From a virus (taxonomy: Duplodnaviria > Caudoviricetes), in the IMG/VR virus record IMGVR_UViG_3300017914_002042, positions 1 to 41,546 of that record: a DNA stretch of 41,546 nt. The stretch is one strand, 5' to 3'. This document shows positions 17,556 through 25,705 of the stretch, one piece after another. The notes beneath the pieces were generated by a model. It was not told the origin of the DNA. It did no database searches and worked only from the letters and a program-made list of their open reading frames with translations. The position numbers and the translations under genes were made by a program. How positions within the stretch are numbered: position 1 is the first letter of the stretch; the number at the start of each line of letters is the position of its first letter.

Positions 17556-19354
17556 TGGCATATTTAATTAACGTTAAAGAAGGTGTAACCGAAAGTACAA
17601 TGTATCAATATTGTTCTCGAATAGTTGATGAAATGGCTACATGGCCTACTGCATTTAGAGCCGAGCTTACCACTGAACAAAAAGAATTTTTAGAACTACA
17701 CGAAAACATTTCTACCATAGAGTCAGAAGAGGAATTAGCAACTTTGATTGATGATGATGGTAGTGGTAGTAAAAGTATAACTTATGCTCGATATGGTGCA
17801 CCTCATAAAAGATTAATCGCTGCAGTACCACCAGTTGGTGTCGGTGACTGGGCAGCAGGAAACGGAAATTGGGGTATAGCCAGACACTTTATAGATTCTA
17901 ATACTACATCTTGTTATTATAGAAATACTGATGGTGTAACCCAATATAACGCTCCACAATTTCCTTTTACTTATAATTATAATTATGATGGTGAAGGTGT
18001 AGATATTATAATGAATCTAGCAACTTATTTGAATCACGATGACCCTGGTTTTAAAAATAGTGATGGTACTACTAGATTACAATTCTTTCAATGGAATACT
18101 TTAGAAGGTCTTGGGAATTTACCCGATATACCTTATACAAATAAAACTCAATCACAATACGCAGATTATATAAACAATCATGCTGAAGCAGTGGCTTATT
18201 GCGCATGTCATAATGAATATGGTGTTGCAACAGGAGCAAACATATATGTAATACCTAGAGATACTGTGCCATCCACATATTTTTATGAAACAGCTAGACA
18301 ATTTCATTTACAGAAAAAAGCTGGGAAGATTCCTGGTGTAGCCACAAATAGACCAACTATATATCTCCAATCATTTAGTTATAGAGTACTAAATAATATG
18401 GCAAACCAAGGGTTCGAAAGTATACATTTTAGAGGTACAGAATATGACCCAAAACAAGGTGCATTTGGTGATACTGGTATCTATGGGCAGATTTCGACTT
18501 ATGGCGGTTATCACATGATTTTACCAAATGCTATGTTTGGTTCTAATTATCTTAGGGCCACAGACGGAACATGGAGTAACGTAACCTCCACATTCAGAAA
18601 AAGTTCATCACTGGTTGATTCTATTAATTTAATGCATGAAGCGGGTGTTCACATGGTAACATCTGCCGGCAATGAAAGGAATAAACTTTGTTTACCAGAC
18701 AATATTGATTATGATAATAGAGTAACGTTTACTAATATAACAGCACCTGGTGGTTATAGCTATGCTTATTATACTAATAGAGTAGGAATGACAGCCGGGA
18801 CTCACACTATTGTGTCTGGCGCTTTAGGAAATGCATTTGGCGCACCAGAATTACAAGACTTAACAGGTGGTAAAGAACGAATGGCACATTTTAGTGGTAG
18901 AGGAGATAGAGTTGATTGCTGTACTGCAGGAGAACAGATACCTCTAAAATTATATACTAGAGGTACACAATATTACGGAAGCGGAACTTCTTTTTCTTGT
19001 CCATTCTTAGCTGGAATGCTTGCTTTAGTTTTAGAAAAACATCCCACAACAACACCGGCGCAATTAAGAAAATACGCAAGAGATTTTATGATAAGCACTG
19101 AAAAATTATACGACCCTGGGCGGGCTCCAATAGAATCTAATATAGATGGAGACATACATTATTTTGCTAATGAAAATTCATTGATGGGTTATTCTGGTAA
19201 CATTACTTTCCTTGACCCTGGTATTCCTATTGACCCAACCACTATTACCGATACCACAATAACATCGCCCGATTCAGAAAAAGCAATTAATGCTAAAGCT
19301 GCTAAAATAAATTTTTCAGTCGCTGATATAAATACTAAACTTGCGAGTATATAA
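17555..19354 (+). CDS. Subtilisin-like (S8) protease family protein, atypical active site
   Basis: DGEGVDI, H.E.VA, SAGN, FSGRG.RVD...AG, GTSFSCP..AG; short N-terminal prodomain-like region. Confidence 0.8.
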   Translation: MAYLINVKEGVTESTMYQYCSRIVDEMATWPTAFRAELTTEQKEFLELHENISTIESEEELATLIDDDGSGSKSITYARYGAPHKRLIAAVPPVGVGDWAAGNGNWGIARHFIDSNTTSCYYRNTDGVTQYNAPQFPFTYNYNYDGEGVDIIMNLATYLNHDDPGFKNSDGTTRLQFFQWNTLEGLGNLPDIPYTNKTQSQYADYINNHAEAVAYCACHNEYGVATGANIYVIPRDTVPSTYFYETARQFHLQKKAGKIPGVATNRPTIYLQSFSYRVLNNMANQGFESIHFRGTEYDPKQGAFGDTGIYGQISTYGGYHMILPNAMFGSNYLRATDGTWSNVTSTFRKSSSLVDSINLMHEAGVHMVTSAGNERNKLCLPDNIDYDNRVTFTNITAPGGYSYAYYTNRVGMTAGTHTIVSGALGNAFGAPELQDLTGGKERMAHFSGRGDRVDCCTAGEQIPLKLYTRGTQYYGSGTSFSCPFLAGMLALVLEKHPTTTPAQLRKYARDFMISTEKLYDPGRAPIESNIDGDIHYFANENSLMGYSGNITFLDPGIPIDPTTITDTTITSPDSEKAINAKAAKINFSVADINTKLASI

Positions 19355-19357
19355 ATA
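19350..19357 (+). promoter_or_regulatory. Late promoter TATAAATA (second copy at 19327-19334)
   Basis: Two exact matches upstream of the ATG at 19363. Confidence 0.7.
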
Positions 19358-19362
19358 AAAAT

Positions 19363-19848
19363 ATGTTTGGTTTAATTACAATGTTACTATCGACTTTAGG
19401 CGCCACCGGTATGGGGTCGATATTAAAGATACTTGGTGGATTTATACAGAGTGCAAGTGATGAAAGAGAAGCAAAAGCAAAACGCGAAATGGCCAGAGAC
19501 CTGGCAATGTCTAACGCAGATGTTAAATTCCAACAAGCGGTGTTTGGTAATGCATCAGACCCCGAGGCTACTCTCTTTACTAGGGCTACTCGGCGTCTCA
19601 TTGCTCTTATCGGCATGCTCAACTTCGCGACAATTTCAATTCTCTGCACCCTCTACCCTGGAATCGAACTCATTACCTTTACCCCACCAGAATCCAAAGA
19701 AGCAATGTCAATCTTGTGGGGACTCGTCAAAATCCCCAGTGGAAACGAAATCACCTCCACAATCACCACAGGGCACATCAGTCTGGTCAGCATCGCCACT
19801 TTGGGAGCTATCGTCGGGTTCTATTTCACACCAGGTGGAAAAAGATAA
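19363..19848 (+). CDS. Membrane protein, 3-TM holin-like
   Basis: Three hydrophobic segments, TRRLIA before TM2, AIVGFYF near the end; late promoter. Confidence 0.55.
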   Translation: MFGLITMLLSTLGATGMGSILKILGGFIQSASDEREAKAKREMARDLAMSNADVKFQQAVFGNASDPEATLFTRATRRLIALIGMLNFATISILCTLYPGIELITFTPPESKEAMSILWGLVKIPSGNEITSTITTGHISLVSIATLGAIVGFYFTPGGKR

Positions 19849-19868
19849 GTAATAAAATATCCAGTTTG

Positions 19869-19876
19869 TATAAATA
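19869..19876 (+). promoter_or_regulatory. Late promoter TATAAATA
   Basis: Exact match 5 nt before the ATG at 19882. Confidence 0.7.
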
Positions 19877-19881
19877 AGAAT

Positions 19882-20166
19882 ATGACTGGAGATATCTTAA
19901 ACTTTATCAATTCGGTGGGAGTTCCAATTACTGTAGCTCTAGCAACTGGTGGATTTTTATTCTTAATATTAAAATTCATCTTGGCTCAAGTAACTAGTTC
20001 AATTAAAGGTTTATCTGAGTCATTATTATCTTTAGAAAATAAATGCGATACTATGAACAATGACATAGTTAAAATCGATTGTTTATTTTCATCATTTTTT
20101 AATGTTGAGCCAAATCTTGACAGAATAGCTGCAAGTGAAGGTAAAGAAGATTGCAGAGACGACTAA
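19882..20166 (+). CDS. Single-TM coiled-coil membrane protein
   Basis: IN.VGVPI + TM + heptads + MNNDIVKID. Confidence 0.7.
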   Translation: MTGDILNFINSVGVPITVALATGGFLFLILKFILAQVTSSIKGLSESLLSLENKCDTMNNDIVKIDCLFSSFFNVEPNLDRIAASEGKEDCRDD

Positions 20167-20170
20167 TAAT

Positions 20171-20413
20171 ATGAAAGATTTAATTGAAACAACAAAAAAG
20201 GTTTTAGAAGGCATAGATTCTTCTGACACTGGAGGCGCTGAAGAGGTATCGATGGCAATGACTCAAATAAAAGGTATGAGACATTTCTTAGATGGAATCG
20301 AAACACGAGTTCAGACTGAAGGTGACATGGAAGAATGGTATCAAAATAAATTAACTAAAGCTCATGATTATTTGAAAACACTATACGGATATAGTAAAGG
20401 AAAAGGCGAATAA
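20171..20413 (+). CDS. Hypothetical late protein, possible head-internal protein
   Basis: MKDLIETTKKVLEG start and EEWYQNKLTKAHDYL motif, recalled from T4-like late proteins. Confidence 0.6.
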   Translation: MKDLIETTKKVLEGIDSSDTGGAEEVSMAMTQIKGMRHFLDGIETRVQTEGDMEEWYQNKLTKAHDYLKTLYGYSKGKGE

Positions 20414-20414
20414 T

Positions 20415-20705
20415 ATGAGCGGAAGAGATTTTACATTTTGGGCAGACACAATTCAAACATTTGGATTTCCTGTCATAGCACTACTTTTAACTGGATACTT
20501 CATTTGGTACATTTGGAAATGGGTAACAAAAGAAGTTAGACCTGCTTTATCAGATGCAAATAAGTCCCTTGGTATTCTCAAGAAACAGATACAAGCTTTA
20601 GACAACGACATGATTCGATTGAACATGAAGTTAAAAATATTAATCCAAGAAAGACAGATTGTTGATAAACACAAGAATCTTTCTCCACAAGAAGAAGAAC
20701 TTTAG
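20415..20705 (+). CDS. Single-TM coiled-coil membrane protein, paralog of 19882-20166
   Basis: IQ.FGFPV + TM + heptads + LDNDMIRLN. Confidence 0.7.
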   Translation: MSGRDFTFWADTIQTFGFPVIALLLTGYFIWYIWKWVTKEVRPALSDANKSLGILKKQIQALDNDMIRLNMKLKILIQERQIVDKHKNLSPQEEEL

Positions 20706-20745
20706 GGAAGAGTATCACCTAGTGTGTGAAGAGTACCTAAAAACT

Positions 20746-20770
20746 TTGAAATGACAAATTGTCATTTCAA
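20746..20770. repeat. Perfect 12-bp inverted repeat with 1-nt spacer
   Basis: TTGAAATGACAA-A-TTGTCATTTCAA in the intergenic convergence zone. Confidence 0.85.
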
Positions 20771-20777
20771 GATTTAT

Positions 20778-20810
20778 AAAAAACCCCCACTCTTTCGAAT
20801 GGGGGTTTGT
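20778..20810 (-). terminator. Intrinsic terminator, copy 1
   Basis: Minus strand AAACCCCCATTC-GAAA-GAGTGGGGGTTT followed by U-run. Confidence 0.85.
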
Positions 20811-20816
20811 CGTTTT

Positions 20817-21059
20817 CTATTTAATTTGCTTGGATTTACGCCATGCAGCACGATGATACATTATCCAATCCATAAGAGCTTTGTCCCAGCCAATATCTTT
20901 ACCAGCCTTTTCGGATTCGAGCCACTTATGTTTTAGAATCTCATCACGTTCAGCACAATAATATTGATATACTGAACTATTTTTTGCTAAGTCTTTTGAT
21001 TTCAATCCGTCTGCAAAAGCGTAATGTAACCAAGTATTTAATTTACTTGCATACATCAT
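20817..21059 (-). CDS. DUF4032-like small protein
   Basis: KNSSVYQ...AERDEILKHKWLESEKAGKDIGWDKALMDW...HR..WR; start placed downstream of the late promoter. Confidence 0.78.
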   Translation of the reverse strand: MMYASKLNTWLHYAFADGLKSKDLAKNSSVYQYYCAERDEILKHKWLESEKAGKDIGWDKALMDWIMYHRAAWRKSKQIK

Positions 21060-21097
21060 ACTTAATCTATTAATGAACGTTACGATTGTAACATCTT

Positions 21098-21105
21098 TAT
21101 TTATA
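21098..21105 (-). promoter_or_regulatory. Late promoter TATAAATA
   Basis: TATTTATA on + strand just downstream of terminator copy 2. Confidence 0.6.
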
Positions 21106-21106
21106 C

Positions 21107-21139
21107 AAAAAACCCTCACTCTTTCGAATGAGGGTTTGT
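21107..21139 (-). terminator. Intrinsic terminator, copy 2
   Basis: Minus strand AAACCCTCATTC-GAAA-GAGTGAGGGTTT followed by U-run. Confidence 0.85.
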
Positions 21140-21159
21140 GAATTTCTTATTAAAGCAAA

Positions 21160-21795
21160 TTAGAAATTTAGGCTAAAACCTACATCGGTTGTAGCTTCGA
21201 AGTCATCACTATACAAATCATTTTGTAAGTAATTAAACTTCACATATAGTGCCTGTACATTTAGTTTTGCATATCCTAAAAGATAATCATAGTTAACGTC
21301 ATAATCAAATGACTTACCATAAGCACCTCCTACTGAGACAGCAAAAGTACCATTATCGAATACGGACACATCGGTTGATAAATCAACCGTGTATTGACTA
21401 TCTTCATCAATAGCTACATCTACCACTGAATCAACACCTAGCAATGATAGACCATAAGTAGCTCCGACTTCGAATGTATCTTCATCGGTTGAACTCAATA
21501 GTCCATAGACTCCAAAATCACCAAGAGGTGTGGATAGTCCTGTTGATAATGTTGTATATAATTGTGAATCATCAGTATTAACATATTCGATGTTAGCACC
21601 GAAGATACCTAGCTCACCACCGAGAATCACATAATTGCCTTCTCCGGTATAGAGACCACCATCAATACGATTTTCATAATTACCTACTTGAAGAGTAGTA
21701 GCTGCTTCTGCTTTATTACCTCCACCGAAGATAATAAGAAGAGCGATTGCTCCTACACCAATTAGGAACCATTTGTTAGTTAATAGTTGTTTCAT
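21160..21795 (-). CDS. Outer-membrane beta-barrel (porin-like) protein
   Basis: Signal peptide ending AEA, alternating amphipathic strands, C-terminal VGFSLNF beta-signal. Confidence 0.72.
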   Translation of the reverse strand: MKQLLTNKWFLIGVGAIALLIIFGGGNKAEAATTLQVGNYENRIDGGLYTGEGNYVILGGELGIFGANIEYVNTDDSQLYTTLSTGLSTPLGDFGVYGLLSSTDEDTFEVGATYGLSLLGVDSVVDVAIDEDSQYTVDLSTDVSVFDNGTFAVSVGGAYGKSFDYDVNYDYLLGYAKLNVQALYVKFNYLQNDLYSDDFEATTDVGFSLNF

Positions 21796-21798
21796 ATG

Positions 21799-22008
21799 TT
21801 ATTTTTTCTTTGTTGTTTTAGCTGATGTTGGTTTACGTCGAGTTGTTGGTTTCTTCGACTTTGCCTTTAATTCTTTTAATTCAGCTTCTGCTTGGTCGGC
21901 TAACTCTTTAGCCTCTTCTACCAAAGCATTTAGTTTTTTAATATTATTGCGAGCTACTAGTGCACCGGCAATAGCGCCCACAATAAATGTTACAATTAAT
22001 GTAATCAT
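21799..22008 (-). CDS. Small membrane-anchored protein with Lys-rich tail
   Basis: N-terminal TM, coiled coil, KSKKPTTRRKPTSAKTTKKK tail. Confidence 0.7.
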   Translation of the reverse strand: MITLIVTFIVGAIAGALVARNNIKKLNALVEEAKELADQAEAELKELKAKSKKPTTRRKPTSAKTTKKK

Positions 22009-22023
22009 GTTTATCCTTTATTT

Positions 22024-22314
22024 TTAGTCACGAGTGTAGATACCTTGAAGATGGTCTTCAAAGGCTTCTATCTTACTCATTCTCTTTGGCCAATATATAT
22101 ACTCCTTTTCGGGGTTGGCCTTGAGGTTGTTCAATAGAGGTTGAATAGCATTGTATAAGCTATCCACCTTAGCTTGTAATTTGACGGTCGAAGAATCCGC
22201 CGCCGATAGTTTACTTTCAGCTTCAGTCTTAATCTTTTCCGCTTCTTGATAAGCGTTAAGTTCAGTTTCATCAACTGCTGTAAATCCGAAATCAAATAAA
22301 TCTTCTGAGCCCAT
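22024..22314 (-). CDS. Conserved hypothetical T4-like phage protein
   Basis: FDFGFTAVDE.EL...PLLNNLK.NPEKEYIYWP.R; TATAAATA upstream at 22334-22341. Confidence 0.75.
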   Translation of the reverse strand: MGSEDLFDFGFTAVDETELNAYQEAEKIKTEAESKLSAADSSTVKLQAKVDSLYNAIQPLLNNLKANPEKEYIYWPKRMSKIEAFEDHLQGIYTRD

Positions 22315-22328
22315 ATTTAATCCTTTAA

Positions 22329-23168
22329 TCATCTATTTATATTATTAAGCATCTCGATACACTTATCAAAGACCATGTCTACTGATATCTTCTGATTAGC
22401 CTCTTTACAATGGCGGCTAGGGTATAATGCTCCTGTTGGATTTTCATCTAATCCGATTGAAATGTTATTGTCGTAATGTAGAGTTTTTGTTGACATAAAA
22501 TCACCAACAATTCTGACACAAGGTACTTGAGCTCCTGCCCAAAAGTGGCTAAGTAATCCATCAAAGGTGACACCCATCTTAACTCTACTTTTACAACATA
22601 AGGCAACTCTTAAAGGAACATCAGTTATATTTAAAGCATTTTGTAAAAAAGGCTCATCATATCCTTTACCAGGTGGTTTAAATCTAAGTATTCGATATCC
22701 CATATTATAAAGTCTGTCAGTTAAACCTTCCCACTTATGAAAGCCCCAATCTTTGTTTCCTTTAAAGAAACTATTTTTTACATCGGGGTTTACAACTATA
22801 CATTCACTAAAAGGAATTGCTATTTGTTTTTCCCATTCATCAGCCTGGTGTTCTTCTTCTTCAGAAAATCTTAGTTTAAAAGGAACTGGTTTATAATCTT
22901 CGTTCCAATCAAACTTATCACCATAACCATCATATATTTTTTGATTTACATAATAAGGTATATTATAATCAACCTCTTCAGATGGATTCTGTCGAGCATT
23001 AACTTTAACGTATGGTTCAGATTCGTCAGATTGCAACCAAGTAAGAAATTCAACGTTTTCCATCATTGGCGAACGAGAATTGCCATCAACTGGATAAATC
23101 TTTTTACCCGTTTCCTTGTGAATCTTCTCAGCTTCACCGAGAAACATCATGTCATCACCTAGTCCCAT
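22329..23168 (-). CDS. Glycosyltransferase, GT9 (heptosyltransferase)-like
   Basis: MGLGDD, K.W...KW..L, V.FDG.L.H..A...VPC..I, C...ISVD.V. Confidence 0.75.
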   Translation of the reverse strand: MGLGDDMMFLGEAEKIHKETGKKIYPVDGNSRSPMMENVEFLTWLQSDESEPYVKVNARQNPSEEVDYNIPYYVNQKIYDGYGDKFDWNEDYKPVPFKLRFSEEEEHQADEWEKQIAIPFSECIVVNPDVKNSFFKGNKDWGFHKWEGLTDRLYNMGYRILRFKPPGKGYDEPFLQNALNITDVPLRVALCCKSRVKMGVTFDGLLSHFWAGAQVPCVRIVGDFMSTKTLHYDNNISIGLDENPTGALYPSRHCKEANQKISVDMVFDKCIEMLNNINR

Positions 23169-23530
23169 TAGTATTCCGAATGTTGTTTTTCTTCCATTAT
23201 TTCACTACCAGAGTACTTATTGATTTGCTTTTTCAAATAAGCTCTATGGTCATTTAAAATATAAACTAATCGAGCAAGTTCAGTGAAGTCTTCACCAAAA
23301 TCTTTTTTTGCTTCATGCGCTCTTTTATCATCTTCAATATCCCAAAGTAATTCATTTACTCTGGCTAAGCATTCGACAAAAGAATAAACAATTCTATTGT
23401 GTTTCAATCCTTTAATTTTTTCTTCTAAAAGTTTGAGTTCTTTATCAACATCCATACACTTAGAATGTTTAATCTGTAGGATTGTAAATTTATCATATAA
23501 CTCTCCGTATGCTACTGGTACATCAATCAT
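23168..23530 (-). CDS. DUF6165-like protein
   Basis: VPV.YGEL.DK.TILQIK...VN..LWDIED..R...F.ELAR.VY..ND.RA..K..IN...S.I.EEK. Confidence 0.75.
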   Translation of the reverse strand: MIDVPVAYGELYDKFTILQIKHSKCMDVDKELKLLEEKIKGLKHNRIVYSFVECLARVNELLWDIEDDKRAHEAKKDFGEDFTELARLVYILNDHRAYLKKQINKYSGSEIMEEKQHSEY

Positions 23531-23787
23531 TTGTAAATTCCTCCACCTTCATAATTAGGATAAGGGCGATGTGGATTCTCTTCCATCTCTCTTTTTCTAA
23601 ACTCATCAACCGTCATTGGTTTTTCCTTTTTAACTCGTGTGATGGTTGTCTTTGGCTTTTGTCGACATAATACAATCCAATTACTAAAACCATTTGTTAA
23701 TACACAAAGATAGATTCCTGCCATTATATCAAATAATGCTATTCCGAAAGAAATAAGTAAACCTGCTAATATATAATATTTTTTCAT
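23527..23787 (-). CDS. Hypothetical membrane protein
   Basis: Hydrophobic N-terminal half, charged tail. Confidence 0.6.
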   Translation of the reverse strand: MKKYYILAGLLISFGIALFDIMAGIYLCVLTNGFSNWIVLCRQKPKTTITRVKKEKPMTVDEFRKREMEENPHRPYPNYEGGGIYK

Positions 23788-24065
23788 TACTCTACTTCTA
23801 GCTCCTCACCGACAATGCAACTACTTAAACCCGCGTCCCATATAGTTCTTTCAAAATTTAAGTCACCCCAATCATCTTTACCCATTTCGATAATCCAATC
23901 AGGTGGGGTTTCGGTGAACTGACCATCTACCAAATAATATAATCTACCCTCATTTGAATCTTCTTCAATTCGAATAGTCAAAGGTTTACCATCGACTTCT
24001 AAGTTATAATTAGTTGTCTTTTTGAAGTAAACCTCGTTACCTTCTTCTAATAATTTAATACTCAT
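23787..24065 (-). CDS. Hypothetical acidic protein
   Basis: 92-aa ORF coupled to both neighbours. Confidence 0.65.
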   Translation of the reverse strand: MSIKLLEEGNEVYFKKTTNYNLEVDGKPLTIRIEEDSNEGRLYYLVDGQFTETPPDWIIEMGKDDWGDLNFERTIWDAGLSSCIVGEELEVE

Positions 24066-24295
24066 ACTTGTTTTAAAACACTCCTATTACCACTTCTAGT
24101 GAAAAATTTTCTATTTGCTGAATAAGATTCTGGTGACATAACTTCAATAAAACCACCAGTCTTATGTTCATATACCATCCGTCCTTTTACTCTTTGAACG
24201 TTAATTCTTTTAGCGCAACCTAAACAATGGGGTAATCCCAAAGATACTCTGGCTGGCTCAATTATTCTACCACAACATTTACAATTATTTGACAT
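24062..24295 (-). CDS. DksA/TraR-type C4 zinc-finger protein
   Basis: CKCCG..I..AR..LG...CLGCA. Confidence 0.65.
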   Translation of the reverse strand: MSNNCKCCGRIIEPARVSLGLPHCLGCAKRINVQRVKGRMVYEHKTGGFIEVMSPESYSANRKFFTRSGNRSVLKQV

Positions 24296-24301
24296 ATTAT
24301 C

Positions 24302-24330
24302 ATATTACGAAATATCACAGGAAATGTCAA
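24302..24330 (-). promoter_or_regulatory. Sigma70-like early promoter
   Basis: TTGACA-N17-TAATAT, 6 nt before the ATG at 24295. Confidence 0.75.
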
Positions 24331-24338
24331 GAGATAAA

Positions 24339-25049
24339 TCAAACAAAATCTCTAATTGTTGGATTATTTGGAGGAGCAGTGTCGATAAAATAGTCCGTTG
24401 TTTGTTTTTTCTCACGAATAGACTTTATAATAATTTTTTTACCTTCTTCTCCAGTCCAATGAATAATTCTTTTGTCTTTATCGTCCTCACCTTTAAGAAG
24501 AGACATTCTTAACCAATTAAACTTTTCAGGCAATTCTTTGATATCTTTATCACCTATTTTTGTAGTTAGTTCCCACAATAACTCTTGGTCTCCACGACCA
24601 TAAGGTCCTTTTGGATTTAAACAAGAAGCTTCCCATTTTTGTAAAATGTCGGGGTCACCCATAACTCCTACTACACCCGTTTGAAATTTACACCCCCAGC
24701 TATGATGTCTATCAGTTGAACATGTAAGTTTATCTTCCTCGATATATTCAAAAATTTCTGTACAATCTTTTACAACTTCACAATCGACATCGACCCAAAC
24801 TCTTTTAGATTCTGGTTTGATTTGTCTAAGAGCTGAAGGTTTCATATACCAACCGGCTTTACCAGTTATTTTTTGAACTTCTAATCCTTTATTAGCACAC
24901 CATTGTTTTGCTTTATCAGATAATCCAAAGTCAGCAATGATGACTGGTGTATGGGCTAAAGTATTATGTTGTCTAAACTTACCAAGCCACCAAGGTAACA
25001 TCCATTCACATTTTTTATCTGCGCCTGTAATAAAAATTAATTCACTCAT
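24339..25049 (-). CDS. GT-A fold glycosyltransferase (GT8/nucleotide-diphospho-sugar transferase-like)
   Basis: IADFGLS, W..KP, WVDVD, QTGV, GDQE.L, LP.KFNW, IIHWTG. Confidence 0.78.
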   Translation of the reverse strand: MSELIFITGADKKCEWMLPWWLGKFRQHNTLAHTPVIIADFGLSDKAKQWCANKGLEVQKITGKAGWYMKPSALRQIKPESKRVWVDVDCEVVKDCTEIFEYIEEDKLTCSTDRHHSWGCKFQTGVVGVMGDPDILQKWEASCLNPKGPYGRGDQELLWELTTKIGDKDIKELPEKFNWLRMSLLKGEDDKDKRIIHWTGEEGKKIIIKSIREKKQTTDYFIDTAPPNNPTIRDFV

Positions 25050-25705
25050 ACTATATCTATACCTTTTTTATAATTATGTTTAGCTTTGCAACCTTCATCA
25101 TGTTGTATTGTAGAAACTTTATCATCAGCCATTATTGGCCAAGGGTAATATTCTGAAATAAAAGGAAAGTCTTTCTTATTTAAGAATAAATCTGTTGGTC
25201 CCGGTTTTACTTGAGCTCTTTCAATTAAAGTTTTTGCGCCTTTCGGAGAAACTACATAAGCATGTGCTCCCGGTAAATAACCACCTGGTTTTGAAAATAA
25301 TTTATATACTCCTGGTTTTTTAGCTCTTATGTAATTACCATAAGAAGGTTTACCAAAAGAAATAAGACCAGTGAAAGGAATGCTAAGCGGAATCTTATTC
25401 GTAAAGATAGCATCATGTTCTAAAATAAGAATTTGTTTATTTTCTTGCAATGACTTTTTCCATAAAGACCTATGAGATAAAAAACCACACATACAAGGTT
25501 CGAGTCTTGAAAATCTTTTATCTATCATAAATTCGCTAATAGGCAAATTTTCTTCTTTGAAAATTTTATGTGGGTCATCAGCCGGACAATAAGCTGGATG
25601 TTTCTTTATCTCATATCCAAACTTTTTACCAGATTCAATACATCTGTCAGCCGCTTCGACTGAATGTTTATTAGACTCTATACAAATTACGTATGCGTTC
25701 ATCAT
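25046..25705 (-). CDS. Glycosyltransferase, GT25-like
   Basis: AYVI, CGFLSH..LW, ILILEHDA, GAHAYVVSPKGAKTL, D.FL. Start placed at MMNAYV. Confidence 0.85.
   Translation of the reverse strand: MMNAYVICIESNKHSVEAADRCIESGKKFGYEIKKHPAYCPADDPHKIFKEENLPISEFMIDKRFSRLEPCMCGFLSHRSLWKKSLQENKQILILEHDAIFTNKIPLSIPFTGLISFGKPSYGNYIRAKKPGVYKLFSKPGGYLPGAHAYVVSPKGAKTLIERAQVKPGPTDLFLNKKDFPFISEYYPWPIMADDKVSTIQHDEGCKAKHNYKKGIDIV

Noticed and set aside
19335-19852. Alternative-frame ORFs 19433-19852 (+) and 19335-19649 (-) as nested spanin/antiholin genes
   Set aside because: No lipobox or TM segment seen; open frames are explained by locally higher GC.
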